Assembly (NCBI GenBank): GCA_039096225.1 | Contig: JBBPEB010000034.1 | Coordinates: forward strand, 372,001-436,000 | DNA length: 64,000 nt | Direction of reading: 5' to 3' | From: Blastocystis sp. Blastoise | Lineage: Eukaryota > Protista > Bigyra: Opalinata | Translations under genes and position numbers: made by a program | Shown: one piece after another, positions 29,679 through 44,700 of the stretch | Layout of the letters: each line of letters starts with the position of its first letter | How positions within the stretch are numbered: the first letter of the stretch is position 1 | The notes under the pieces: generated by a model | The model's input: only the letters and a program-made list of their open reading frames with translations | Databases searched by the model: none | Told to the model about the DNA's origin: nothing

Positions 29679-31124
29679 AAAAAAAATACTTAAAACAGAT
29701 CAGTTACTGTTAAAAAGAACTTTGTTGACAAAAATGAGACGATGACCACCACATTTTTTAAAGAATCAATCTTATTTTCCCATGAATATTCATGTGTTTT
29801 CTCTATATTCTTAGATATATTCATGGTTATCTTTTCTTTTGATAAATTCCATTCAAATATAATTCATTCATAAAAGCATTCTTTTAATGTGTTTTCGAAT
29901 CATTTTAAAGAATTGTATATAATAATTAATAGTTGATGATTATTTATTTTTTGATTTATCATTTAAAAGAGTCTTTAATTTTTAGGAAAAAGTTGTTTTT
30001 ATTTAAAAGAAACACAATAAAGAAGAAAGACTCTTGCAAACTCTCTGAGAATGATACTATTATTGTAATTCAATAACCTAAAAATTATGCTTACTTCATG
30101 ACTCGTTCTTTAATGTCTTTTTCTACCATATTTAGATTACAAAAAAAAAAAGAACACTTTAAAAATCTATATATAAACATTATATATATATATATAAATC
30201 AGTCTATTTATTACTGATAGAATTTCTATTCTATAGTGATTCATCAAATAGTATGATGTGCTCATTTTTATATCACTTTGCTTTAATTTTCGATGAAAAT
30301 CATAGAGATTGTTGGCATAGCATATGATACTTATTATAGCACACATGTATATCTTTTATCACAATGAATATATATTCTATTAGCAAATTGTGAATGATGT
30401 ATATTATATTTCTTAATAATAACGTTATTTTAAATCTTCAGATAATATATTTTAAAGAATAAAATATATGCAAATGGTTTTTAAAAGATAAAAAAAAACA
30501 TATTCATTGATTCTTTTCAAGTAAGTGAAAACGAACTATGATTCTAATAATACTATCATATGAATAATATATTCAACATATTAAATCTAAAAGAAACATG
30601 AAAAAAGGTAATAAATTCATAGAAGATCACGAATAATATGTAAAAAATACTAATTGATTGAAGAGATATATATTTCAATTAGCTAAAAACAACGTATATA
30701 AATACAGATCAGGATATACAGAAAAGAAAATGAAAAAATAGTATTGATAAACTGAATGTAAATGAAGAGGAACTTGAAGTATTCTAAGAGAAAAACAGAA
30801 TAAGAAAATATTTTTAGTAGAAAATTGGGAATATCAAAAGGATAACCGCGATTATCGTTAGTCATGGGCAGGTTTTGAAGAACATGGAGAGAAAAAGATA
30901 ATTAGGGGACAAAAATTAGGGTCAGAATAGAAAATATGTATCTAAATGAGAATAAATTTCCACAGAAATATGCAGAGAAAAAAGATGATATAAGGATCCA
31001 TCAATGTTTTATATACCATAAATGAGAAGAAATACATGAAAAGATAATACTAAATACAACTATAATCTAACAAAAGTAAATAATAGATAATATTTTATTA
31101 TTTTCATAGATATAATTAATCAAA

Positions 31125-32097
31125 ATGGCTGCTAAGAAAGATAAGGCTTTCGATCTTCAATTAAAACTTCTTATGATTGGTGATTCTGGTGTTGGTAAGA
31201 CTTGCTTATTAATGCAATATGCTTCCAAAACCTTTATTCGTACTTTCATTACTACCATTGGTATTGATTTCAAAATTAAAACTGTAAACATTGATGGTAA
31301 AGTTGTCAAGCTTCAAATTTGGGATACTGCTGGTCAAGATCGTTTTAGAACTATTACTACTTCTTATTTCCGTGGTTCTCATGGTATTTTATTAGTATAT
31401 GATGTTACTGATAGAAATTCTTTCAATAATGTTGAAAGTTGGATGGAACAAATTCATACTGTATGTTTTTTTTTTAATTTCATTTTTTATTATTATTATT
31501 ATTTATTTAAATATTTATATAGCATGCTGATGTTAATGTTAATAAAGTTTTAATTGGTAATAAGTGTGATTTAGAATCTCAAAGAGCATATATATTATTA
31601 TATTATTATATACATTTATATATATATATATTTTTAATTCTTTATATATATAATTATATAATATAATATATATATATTTAATATAGGCTGTTTCTACTAA
31701 AGAAGGACAAGATTTAGCTAAAAAGTATGGTATTAATTTCTTTGAAACTTCTGCTTCTCAAAATACTAATGTTGATGAAGTATATATTAATATATTATAA
31801 AGTACAAATTATTTTTAATTCGAATTCATTATGATACTAAATAATTATAATTATAATAATATATATATATATATAGTGTTTTATGGATTTAGCTACAGAA
31901 TGTGTCAAGAGAATTGCTGATGATGGTCCTGATGATGAAGATACAAAGAAAGTTGAAATTGGTAGAATTAGTGATGTATATATATAAGATATAATTAATT
32001 ATAAATAAAAGAATTCTATAATAATAATAATAATGATTTTAATTCTATTATATATATATAGGAAGATAAAAAGAATAAGGGTTGCTGTGGAAAGTAA
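31125..32097 (+). CDS. RAB8: Rab GTPase, Rab8/Sec4/RabE-like, 5 coding exons
   Basis: [32 protein letters not shown] and C-terminal CCGK. The second intron (31586-31686) is GC-AG. Confidence 0.92.
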
Positions 32098-32504
32098 TAA
32101 TAATATAATAATTATTTATTTATTTGATTTAAATATATATGTATATACAAATTAATAATAATGAATTGTTTTTATTGTTTAACTTTTTATTTCTTTTATT
32201 TTTTTATAACTATTTGTACTATTTTTATCTGTTTATGGGTTTCTGAAACATATATATATCATTCTCTAAACAGAGTTCATTTATAATAATGTAGCTGATT
32301 ATCTTTATAGAAATTTGTTTACAATAGTATATAATTGATTTTTTTTTTTAAATTTTATCGTTTAAGATACATTACTTACTAGTTATTATCATCAAAATAT
32401 TAATTTTTGTTATTCTTAATTTTTTTAAAAATATAAACGCTAAAATGTTATATATTCATATTAATACTGGATTCTTAAAATAAAACAACAACAAATAACA
32501 CTCA

Positions 32505-34572
32505 TTAATTTAATAACTTATTGAATAGGTCAACTTTCGAAAAATCACATGCAAGTGGAGTTTGAAAAAGCATATAATATATACACATTCCATCTTCCTA
32601 AATAAATAAATATAGTCTATAAATTATAATATATATACATAAAATTTTAGTATTTTATTTGCTGTTCCACACTATGGTAATATAAAAGTATATTAGAATA
32701 TATATATAAATATATATGTTATATTATATATAAAATAAATATATATGCTATATTATATATAAAATAATATTATATATAAATAAAATAATAGTATATCTAA
32801 ATAAAAATAATATATATATATATAATACTTGATTTGTTACATAAACATATCTAGATTCTCCATTAATACATTTTGTATTACTTATATATATATCAATCCA
32901 TTCATTTTTACCTGTAAAAAAACTTTTCATTTCTTTTGTATCTGTATAAAAACCTAAATTAGTGACATCAGCTGCGTCATTCTTTTGATTTAAAATCGTT
33001 CTTTCAGCATCTTCTATTGAACCACCCATTTTCACACTATAGAAGTTATTTATCATATTATTTAAATTATTATATGTTTATATATTTGTAATTATAATTA
33101 AAATAGCATTTATATATAATATATATATAAATAATCATAATACAAATATATAAATATATAATATATACAAATTATTTTTCATTTCCCATGTTTTTGGATT
33201 CTTATGAACTTGATTTATGTATATATATTAAAGAAATATATATATTTAGAATAATACTTTACTTCATATCTATATTAATCCTAAGAAATACTCTTGTAGT
33301 TAATATATATATAATAATAATAAGGATATATAACGATAAGGACAATAGTAAAATTTATAATTTTTATATATATAATTCACACTTCCTCCTTTCATCTCTA
33401 ATTCATCTATTTATATATATATATGTAAACAACAAAAAAAATTAATAAAAAAAAAATTTTTAATAAAAAAAATATTTTAAAGTATCTAGTATATATTTAT
33501 ATATATATACTAATATCTCTACTCTTATAGCATGTAGTTGTAAGATTAATATATTGAAAGTTATTATTATTTATATATGTATTTAAAGACACATATTCTT
33601 GACTTGAAAGTGTATATAAACTTGTTCTAAAAAATATAATATATAAATATATATACACTTTAGTTTTTTGATTTTTATAATAATAATAAATACATATATA
33701 TACTTTTTTTCATAGTCTACTTCCAGTTTTCTACTTGATTTCTTTTGATATTGTTTATATATCTGTTGTATATCGTTCTTATATTTAATCATTTTCTTTA
33801 TATAAATATATTCAATCAAAAATAATTAATTAAAACAATATATATATATTCAATTCTTTAAAAAAATGAATGAAAATATATCTATATTCAATCAAAAATA
33901 CAATAATAAAATTATAATATATTCAATAATAAATAAATAATAAATTCAAAATAATATATATATATATATACCTTCTTAATTATGGATATAGTATTCTCTA
34001 ATGCTTTCTTCATTATATTAATATCTTTTAACTCTTTTATAGAATTATTTGCTTGTATCTATAGTATATATATAATATTCATAATACTAATAGAATCTAT
34101 ATGAATTTAAAATATATAGATAATAAATGAAATAATATAAATATATTTATTTATACAAGGATTTTAAGTTCATTTTGAATGTTCTTCTTATTCAACTCAT
34201 TTATAGTGTCACAACTCTGAAAATTAATTGTTGTTGGATTCGGTTCATCTGTGCAATCACAACAGTCACAAATACCATCATTGACTTTTGAACTTGAAAT
34301 GGTGACAAATTCTCCATCAACGTTCTTGTTCAGACATTTGAAAACAAAATTAGAACAAGCTCCAGTTAAAAACTCATCATTACCATTCTTACAATCACAA
34401 TAATCATCATTCACTTTATTATCATCGATAGACATTGTATTATCGCAATAAAACCTAGGACCATCACTCTCCTCAATCCCAAAAGTCTATACAGAAATAA
34501 ATAAGTTATGGATGACTTAGCATATACTATTGCTAGAAAAAATATAACAAAAACAAAGTGTTTAATCAACAT
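32505..34572 (-). CDS. PRKCSH: Glucosidase II beta subunit / PRKCSH-like protein
   Basis: Signal-peptide-like exon 1. VNDDYCDC..G.DE..TGAC and SSKVNDGICDCCDCTDE. C-terminal MRH-like YCPYRYINQ...CG..NKI...C.Y...FQTPLAC. One AT-AC intron. No HDEL seen, so a GNPTG-like/paralogous identity is not excluded. Confidence 0.82.
33219..33329 (-). other. U12-type AT-AC intron (glucosidase II beta gene)
   Basis: 5' ATATCCTT, branch-like TTTCTTTAAT, 3' TATATAC. Removal gives YCPYRY|INQ, matching the MRH CPFxxVxQ pattern. Confidence 0.85.
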
Positions 34573-35401
34573 TCGTGTGAGTTGTATAGAAAAACAAAAT
34601 TGTGTGTGTTTTTTAACAATTTTATTTTATTTCCTATAGTTTTGTAATTGTTTATAAATATTTTTATTAGTTTAAAAATTAGCATTGCCATAGTTGAGTC
34701 TTCTTCAATTATTATTAAACATATACATATATTTTTTATACATTAACAAGTCATTCTTTTATAAAAATTTATATATATGTTTCTGAACCTTTTTAAATAT
34801 ACACCATCTTTATGAAACTTATTGAAAAAATGAAAGAGAACAATTAATTCATACTTTCGTAACAAATAGCTTGTTTAAATGCATATGGTTTTCATAAATA
34901 ACTATGCTCGCATATCCTGTTATTTCTCTTAAATCATATTTTCATGAATAACAATGAATAAAAATCACATATAATAATTACATCGACATCATTATATTAG
35001 AATATATGAAACAAAATGATTATTAAGATATCTTCAATGCCGTTGAATATACTTATCACACTTAATAACATCAACTATGTAATATAAAGTCTTTTTAATG
35101 AAAAAGAATTTTTTAATAAAAATTAATAAAATAATCAGGATTATGTTACTTTTTGAAAGAAATGCTATTCAATACCGTTGATTCATGACTATAAGAATAA
35201 AATACCTAGAAAATAGTTTATTTCCATGAATCTGAGATTTCTATTTCATTTTTATTTTTTCAAAAAACGAAATATATTTTAAAAATCTATACTTGTTGGC
35301 TTTTGATTTCTTTATCAAATATAGATTTTTAGTTGTACTTAATTTAACAAACTTTGTTGAAAAATATATTCTAAACAGAATATTATATATACAAATTGAT
35401 T

Positions 35402-36874
35402 ATGAACGGTAGTTCGTCTCTTAATGTATTTATTTTGTTTATAAATTGTTAAATACATTCTTTAAGCTATCAGATATTACATCCTTGTCTTGAATTTATA
35501 CTATTTCATTATTTTTTTGCATTTTTTATTATTATTTTTATAGTCTTCGTCGTCAAGAGATGAGAAATCGTCTTTACCAAAGCAGAAGCAACTGAAATCA
35601 GTGAACCAAGGAAATAATTCACATTCTACTTTAAATAAAACACATTCATTTTCATCGTCATCGAAAAATTCACAAAAGTATTTATTTTATTTATTTTTTT
35701 ATATGATTGTTATTTATAAAAATTCATATTATTTATATTATATATTATTTAAAAAGAAATCTTTAGATAAGAATATATTGTATTATTGAATATCTCAAGA
35801 ATATTATTATATATATATAAATATAGTTCAAAACAATTGACTCGTCAATTATCTCATAATTCTCAATCACATCATTCAACTAAACATTCCTCTATTTCTC
35901 TTGGTTCTCATATTAAAATTGATGATTTTAATGAGAGTGATGTTGAGTCTTCTTTATTTGCAGTTTCTCCTGATCCTGATATACAAATAAAAATAGAAAA
36001 AGAAAATTTAAAATCAAATTCTAATTCAAAAAATATTAATGAAAAAAATCAATATAATTCTGTTACTACTGCTAATAATAATAATAAAGATAGTGATAAT
36101 AAGAATAAGAATATAGATGAAGAAAAGAAAAATAATGAAGTGAATAGTATATCTCCTGATGTAAAACTTCGAAAAAAACCGGGAAGAAAACCAGGAAAGC
36201 AATTAAAGTCTTTAAAAATGCAATCTAAAAAATCTTCAGGGAATATTTTAGATTCTGTTCCTTTAAAGAAAGAGAATCCGCATGGGAATATTGATTATTC
36301 TATGTATATGAAGCGTCATACAATAACTCGAAGTATGAAGAAATTAGGTTTTGTAGATGATTATTTGAAAGAAGAAGAAGATAGTGATGATAATAATAAT
36401 GATGATGAAGATAGTGATATAAGTAATAATAGTCATAATAATGATAGTAATAGTAGTAATTCTGAAGATGATGATATGGATAGTACTATAAATGATACTA
36501 TAGATGAAGAAAATAATCATGAACATCCTATGAATAATGATGATACGATATCTATTCTTAAACGAGATGCACATGATTCTGAAGGAATAGAAGATAGTAC
36601 GATGACGCGAGGGCGTCATCGCAGTCGTGGTCGCGGACGTGGAGGGAAATTCAATATTCGTAAAGGAGAACGAATAATCAATAAGAATCGAAATACTTGG
36701 AAAAATCGTGTTATTCTTAATAGTGATGATAATTCTGATATTAATGATAATAATAATGTTAATAATAATGTTAGTAATAATGTTAATAATAATAATGTTA
36801 ATAATAATAATGGTAATAATAATAATGTTAATAATGTTAATAATAATAATGTTAATAATAATAAAAATAATAAT

Positions 36875-36953
<79 letters not shown>

Positions 36954-37691
36954 TTAATAATAATGAAAATAATAATAATGGTCCTAAAGGAATTAAACGA
37001 TTGATGTCTGAGTCCATAAATGATAATAAACAAATGAAAATAGAATATAAAGAAGAAGAAGAAGAAAAGGATAATACACTTGTTGATGTATATATATATG
37101 CTTATTATTATTTTATAATAATAATAATAATTATTATGTTTTATATTTTATATGCTTTAACAATATCTTTTTGTATATACTATATCTTTTTTTAAATATA
37201 AATATATATTTATTAGTTTACAATTATTTAAGATTATTCTTCTATATATATATATATAGAGTTATATAACAGCTGATAGTGATCCAGATATTAATAATTT
37301 ATTTAAAATAGAAGAAGATGATGATAGTCATTCACTATCTACTCCTCATCCTTCTGTTTCTAATGTAAATTCTCCTAATAGAAATATAAATAATAATAAA
37401 TATGATATAAAGAATTCTATTCCTACTTCTACTACTACAGCTGCTGCTACTACTACTCCTCTTTCTCTTGATTCTTCTTCAAATAAAACAACATCCTCTT
37501 CATCAAAAATGAATATTCCCGTGGTAAATAATCTTAAAATAAAATCAGTACGTAGTGAAGATGTATATAAAAAAGATATTATTCCAAATTCATTATCTAC
37601 TGTTTCTTCTCCTTCTGATAATATTATATTTGTATCTACTACTCCATTATCTTCACCCTCTACAAACTCTGTTAATATATATAAAGATACA

Positions 37692-37732
<41 letters not shown>

Positions 37733-40700
37733 TGTCAACTCAACTAATACAATAAATAATTCAAAAAATGGTATATATATATATATATATTGAGTATTAT
37801 TAAAACATATAATTACTATTTTATAATATTTATATTTCTAAAATTATTATATATATAGATTCTAAAGGAGATAATTCTAGACCAAATAATCAACATATAA
37901 ACTATAAGAAGATAAATAAGATTGATATAAATAGATCAAATATAAGTAATATGAATAAAGATAAAAATAATAAAGAAACAGATGAATCGAATCTCTCTCT
38001 TAAAGATAATTCTATTTCTATAAATAATAATAATATACATTCAAATAAACATCGTAAAGAATCAAATGTTTCTAATTCTTCATCTTCTTCATCTTTATTT
38101 TCATCTCAAGATAAAAATACAAATAATTCAAAAGATATATCAAATAATAAGAATAATTCTTCTGTTAAAGGTAATAATATTCGTGATTCTTCTAAAAATA
38201 GTATAAATGATATGAGTTATATGAATAATAGAAATCATAGTATTGATTATTCAAATATAAATACTATACAAGAAGAGGAAAAAGAAAGAAAAGAAGATAG
38301 TATACAAGAAGAAAAAAAGCAAAAAGAACAAAAAGAAGAAAAACATAAAGAAAAAGAGACAAAAGAAGAAAGAAAAGAAGAAGATGATGATGAAGAAGAA
38401 GAAGAAATAAAAGAAAGAGAAGAAGAAGAAGAAAAAGAAGATAATGATAATGATGATGATACTACAAGTATAGTAACAGATACCGATAGAGTATCAAATC
38501 CTATTATTCGTGGCCGTGGTCGTGGACGTGGTAAATTACGATCACATGGAAGAGGAAGAGGTAGAGGAAGAGGAAGAGGAAGAGGTTCATTCTATCATTA
38601 TGATGATAGTGATAATCAAAGTGAAAATGAAAATGATGAAACATTTGAAATTGATAATGATAAAAATGATAAAAAAGAAAATTATCATTCTATTTCACGT
38701 CATAATTATGATCCTACTTATAATATAGATGGAAATGATTTAGATAAATATAAACGTAAAGGTATAAATATGAAATTAAAAAAGAATAAACGTCGTAATA
38801 ATGATGATGATAGTTCTGATGATTATGTGAAACACAGAAGGAATAGTATTTCTAAAGAATCTTTAAAGAGAAAATCAAGTATTAAAAGTGATTATTCTTC
38901 AATAAGTAAATCTAAAGAAGATAGTATAAAGAGTTCTACTATCAATAATTCTATAAAGAATAGTTCTATTCATATTAATAAACCATTATCTTCAATAGAT
39001 GGTAAAACATTATTAGATTTAGAAGGATCTACTCATAAAAATTCACGGTTATTTGAAGAATATCATTCTATGGATTTATCAAATGAAACTAATAATAATA
39101 ATACTAATGGTAATTATAAGAATAATAATAATAATAATTCAAATAATAATAATCAAAACTCACCAACAGATACAGTATCAACAAATTCCCGTGGAAATAA
39201 TTCATCAAATAATCATGCTAATGATAAATCTACTACTACTACTAGTAATAATAATAATAATAATACTAATGCTTCTAAACATATTCCTAATGATAAATTT
39301 ATTGATAAATCAGGTATATTAAATGATACAAAGAATGATCATGAATCTGAAATGGATATAGAAAAAGAAGAACGAAAACAATTACCTTATATTAATCCAC
39401 CTCCAAGAACATGTATATTAAATAATACATATATAGAAGAATGTGCATTATGTTTAAAAGAATATAAATATAAAGATCAAAATGAAAAAGAATTATATAA
39501 ATCCAATCACAATCATGAAGAAGAAACAGATATAGATATAGATATAGATATAGATATGAATATTACAACAGATGAAGAAGATCAAAACTCAGTAAAGAAT
39601 TCAGTAAAGAATTCAGTAAAGAATTCGGTAAAGAATTCAATGAAGAATTCAATGAAGAATTCAATGAAGAATTCTATAAAGAATTCAATGAAGAATTCAA
39701 AAGAATCTTTGTCGAATTCTTTTTCTTCTCCTTCTTCATCTCCTTCTATAGATCAAGATCATCTTATTATTACTTGTACTCGTTGTACTATGACTTATCA
39801 TTATGGATGTATAAATCATTATATTATGTCTTCTCAATCACCTTTAGTATCTTTATATCATTGGAAGAATGGTGAGGGATGTGTAACGGCTACTAATATG
39901 AAAACATGGTTATGTCCTGTTTGTCGATATATTCTTAAGAAATATAATAAAAACTCTATTTATATACATGATGATATAGATAATAATAATAATAATAATA
40001 ATAGATCACCTAATTTATCAGAATTAATACATTCAATGTCCATAGATAATCATAATAATAAAGATTTATCTAATAATAATAATTTAGTGAATGGTATAGA
40101 TTCTGTAGATATTGATATTCATGAAGAGACATCTAATTCTAATAATAATAATGATAATATTAATAATGATAATAATAAAATTGAGAAACAAACTGAATTG
40201 GATTCTAATTCTGAAAAACATACTCTTCCTGTAGAAACTAATAATAATAATAAAGATTTATCTGATAATAATAAAGATTTATCTGATAATAATAATAAAG
40301 AAGATTTATCTGATAATAATAAAGATTTTTCTAATAATAATAAAGATTTATCTGATAATAATAATCTTTCATCAATAGATATAATATCAAATAATAATAA
40401 TAATACTACTACTACTACTACTTCTACACAAGTGTCTATTAAGCCTGTATTGCCTACATATATATCACGTGTTTGTGCTCCAAAATCCCCCTTAATCACG
40501 TTATCTCCTTGTCGTACCCCAGATAAACACGAATTAGATACAAAAGATCTTAAAAATGATTTGAATATTTCTATATCGTTGGAGAATCAAAAAGAGACTA
40601 ATGTATTTATATCAAGAAAAGGAAGTATATATAGTCCGAATTCAACAATTGCCACGAATAATACAACTAATAATAATAATAATAGTAATATGAATATAAA

Positions 40701-41727
40701 TACATCTATTCCTTCTGTTTCTAATAATAATAATACAACTAATAATAATAATAATATAAATATATCAATAAATAAAGATATATCTGTTTCTACAGATTCT
40801 ATTCGATCTATTTCAACCCCTACTGCTATTTCTATGGAATCTATTAATAATACAAAAGTATCAGATATAAATAATAATAATAATAATTCTACTACTAATA
40901 ATAATATAAATATAATTTCCGATACTATAACTATGCCTATAAATACAAATACTATATATACATCATCAATATTATCAGATTCTTCTATATATTCTTATAT
41001 ATATACTCAAGATATGATTCAACATAGTTTAGTACAAGATGGAGAAATATTATTATTAGGAAAAGATTTAATAGGTTGTTCTATGAATATATATGATACA
41101 ATACAAGAAACATCATTAAGAGGACGTATATTATATTATTTACAAGATTTATTATTATATTATGTATTATTTGAAGATGGTGAAGGTTATTGGATGTGTT
41201 TAGAAAGAAGAGAATGTAATGTTTATGGTGGAATTGTATGGTTTAAAACAATTGAAGGGATTTTAAATAATAACAATGAAAATAAAAAAGGAAATAATGA
41301 AAATAATCATGAAAATATTGATATTCATGACAAAATACTTGATGACTCGATTCATGATTCTGGTATATATGATGAAATTAATAAAAATAATGAAATTCAT
41401 TGTAATTCTAATATGAATGATAATGATATGAATAAGAATAATGATTATGATAATAATAAAGATATAGATATATTTAATACCAAAGATTCAATCACTACAT
41501 CTACTCAAGAAAGCATTATTCCCGCGATTATATCGCCTTCTCTATCAACTACTCATGTTTCCATGGAATCTAATGTTTGTAGTGTTTCAAATAGTAATAA
41601 TAGTAATATTAATAATAATAATGATATTATTGATAATAATAGTAATGTTATTGTTGATAATAATAATGTTATTAATAATAATAATAATAGTAATGTTATT
41701 GCTGATAATAATAATATTAATAATAAT

Positions 41728-41761
<34 letters not shown>

Positions 41762-44700
41762 GTGATATGATTATTACAACAACTACAACTACTACTACTA
41801 ATATAGAGAATATTCCTAATAATACTCCTTATAAAGAAATATGGCATATTGGTCAAATAATAAGAACATATAATAAAGATGAGAGTATGACAAATATTGA
41901 TAAACAGAATATTATACAGATATATGATTTAATTGATAATAAATTATGTCAAATTCCTATAAATAATGTTACTATATTTACTTCAAAACGTGAACATTTA
42001 TCTGTTTATTATACATTATCTGTAGAAAATACAGAACATATAAATGAAGAATTAGAATTAGTACCTAAAATTATTCAGAAAAGTCAAGAACCATTTAGTA
42101 GTATATCTGAAAAATTAATCAGAAGTAATAAAGAATGGTTATATACATCTATTTATATATATATTTATATAAATAAATATCCATTTGGAGATTGGGAAAA
42201 AGGTTATGTCACGTGCTTTAATGCAAATACAGGTAAACATTATGTCAAGTTTTATAAAGAAGAAATAAAAAGTGGTTGGTATTTATTAAATGATAGAGAT
42301 GTTATTCGATGGAAAACTATTTATAAGTATATATATTATGATATTTATTTATTATATTAAGTTTATTATATATATTTTTAATAATATTTTTCTTTATTAT
42401 TTGATTATAATTTATATTTATTTATTTTTTTAAACTATTTTATTATTCATATAATTAGTTCTCATTATATATATATGATTTAATTTTTTATATTATTTAT
42501 CAATATACTATATATATATATAGTTTATTAACATCATCTTCTCCATTAACTCAATATCATTCACAAGAATTAATAAAAATATTACCTCAAGATTCTACTT
42601 ATTGTATATGTTGTTTATCAAATATATCAACATTAACAAATCCATTATTACAATGTTCAAAATGTAATTTATATATACATTTAGAATGTGATCCTGATTC
42701 AAAACATAATTATAATGAAGAGAAACATAAATATTATTGTTTTTGTTGTAGAGTCTGTAATGGATGTAATTTATATATAACAAAACATAATATATGGAAT
42801 TATATAGTAATAAATGAAAAGCAAATAATATGTTGTGATAAATGTTTATTATTATATAATACGAATCATTATTGTAGTATATGTCGTAAAACATATATAA
42901 ATACAAAAGATATGTTATTATGCCAAGAATGTGGTATGTATATACATGAATCATGTGAAAGTAAATGTGTAAGAAGATATATGAATAAAGAACGTGAAAA
43001 CAGACATCATCATCAGCAAGAAGAAGAAGATACTATAATAGAAGGAGAAATAGAAGGAGAAGGAGAAATAGAAGATAAAGATGGAAATGATACTTTATCT
43101 ATAAGAACTGGTAATAGTAAAAAAGAAAATAGTATATCAACTTCAAAAAGTTTTTATGATAATTATTTATGTAGTCGTTGTAGAAGAAAGAAAATGATAG
43201 ATTTACATAAAGAATTATTAAGAATTGATATAAAACATTTATTTACAAAACAAGTTGAAGAGAATTTTGCACCTGATTATTATAAAGTAATATCAAAATC
43301 AAATGCTATGTGTTTAGATATAATGAATGAAAAGATAAAACAAAAAGAATATGCATCTATACAATTATTTTATAATGATTTTGAATTAATATGTTTAAAT
43401 AGTTATAAATATAATAATCCTGAAGATAATATTTGGAATGCAACTGATGATTTTTATAAAGAAGGAAAACAAATATTTATACAATTATGTCATAATATTA
43501 CTTCTGGTATATATGAAAAAGAAATAATAAATATCCAAAATAAACGTTTAGAACAAATAAATGGTCCATCAGCATCTTTAACTGCACAAACAAATTCACA
43601 TATAGCTAGTGAACGTCAACATCAATTAGAAAAAGTAAAAGATGAAATAGGAAAATTAGCACCTAAAACATTATTACCTTATATAGAACCATTAGATATA
43701 ACTAAAGTAAGTATACAAGATAAATATAAAAGCATATTATGTAGAGATATGTGTATAATATGTGGTAGTACAGGTGATATAGATAAAATGTTATTTTGTA
43801 TTGATTGTGGTGAATGTTATCATGCTAATTGTTTAGTACCCCGTATTGTTATTAATGATTTATTAAGAACAACTTGGAGATGTAAATATTGTTGTATTTG
43901 TGAACATTGTGGATTAAATATTCATACACAAAGTAATAATACTATACCTAATATTAATAATAATCATAATATTGAAGATATGAATGATAATAATCATAAT
44001 GTGAATAATAATAATAATAATGTGAATAATAATAATATACATATATATCCTTCAGAAATGAATAAATCAATATCAAATCATTATAAATCATCATCATTAC
44101 AATCTTCTTCTTCAACACCTTTATCTTCACCTTCTAATCATTCTATAAATAATACTAATAATACTAATAATACTAATAATAATAATATATTATTAGAAGA
44201 TCAAGATATTATTAGTTGTGATTATTGTAAGAAAACATATCATATGAAATGTTTAAATCCACCATTATTACAATTACCTAAAGATACATGGTATTGTTAT
44301 ACATGTTATCATTGTAATCAATGTCATCAACAAAATCTACCGTTTTCTTATTCAATTAAACGTAATTATTGTACTAATTGTGCTTTAAATGAACCATTAT
44401 TTAAAATATGTCCTATATGTAATAAAGAATGGAATGAAAATGATCAAAATATGTATTTATGTGAAAAATGTGAAAGATGGGTTCATAAATCATGTACTGA
44501 ATTATCTTCTGAAGATATGTTTAAATTAGAATTTTATAATAAAAATTATATATGTAAAAATTGTTTACATAATAATAATAATAATAATATTAATACTAAT
44601 ATGATTAATACTAATAATACTATAGATATCAATATGAATACAATGAATAATATAAATCTGTCATCAAATTATATACAAAATTCTATAATAAATAGAAATA

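Noticed and set aside
32460-32520. Poly(A)-created stop codon, as known in Blastocystis, near a TGTTGTT-like tract
   Set aside because: An in-frame genomic TAA is present at 32505-32507, and all complete genes checked have encoded stops.
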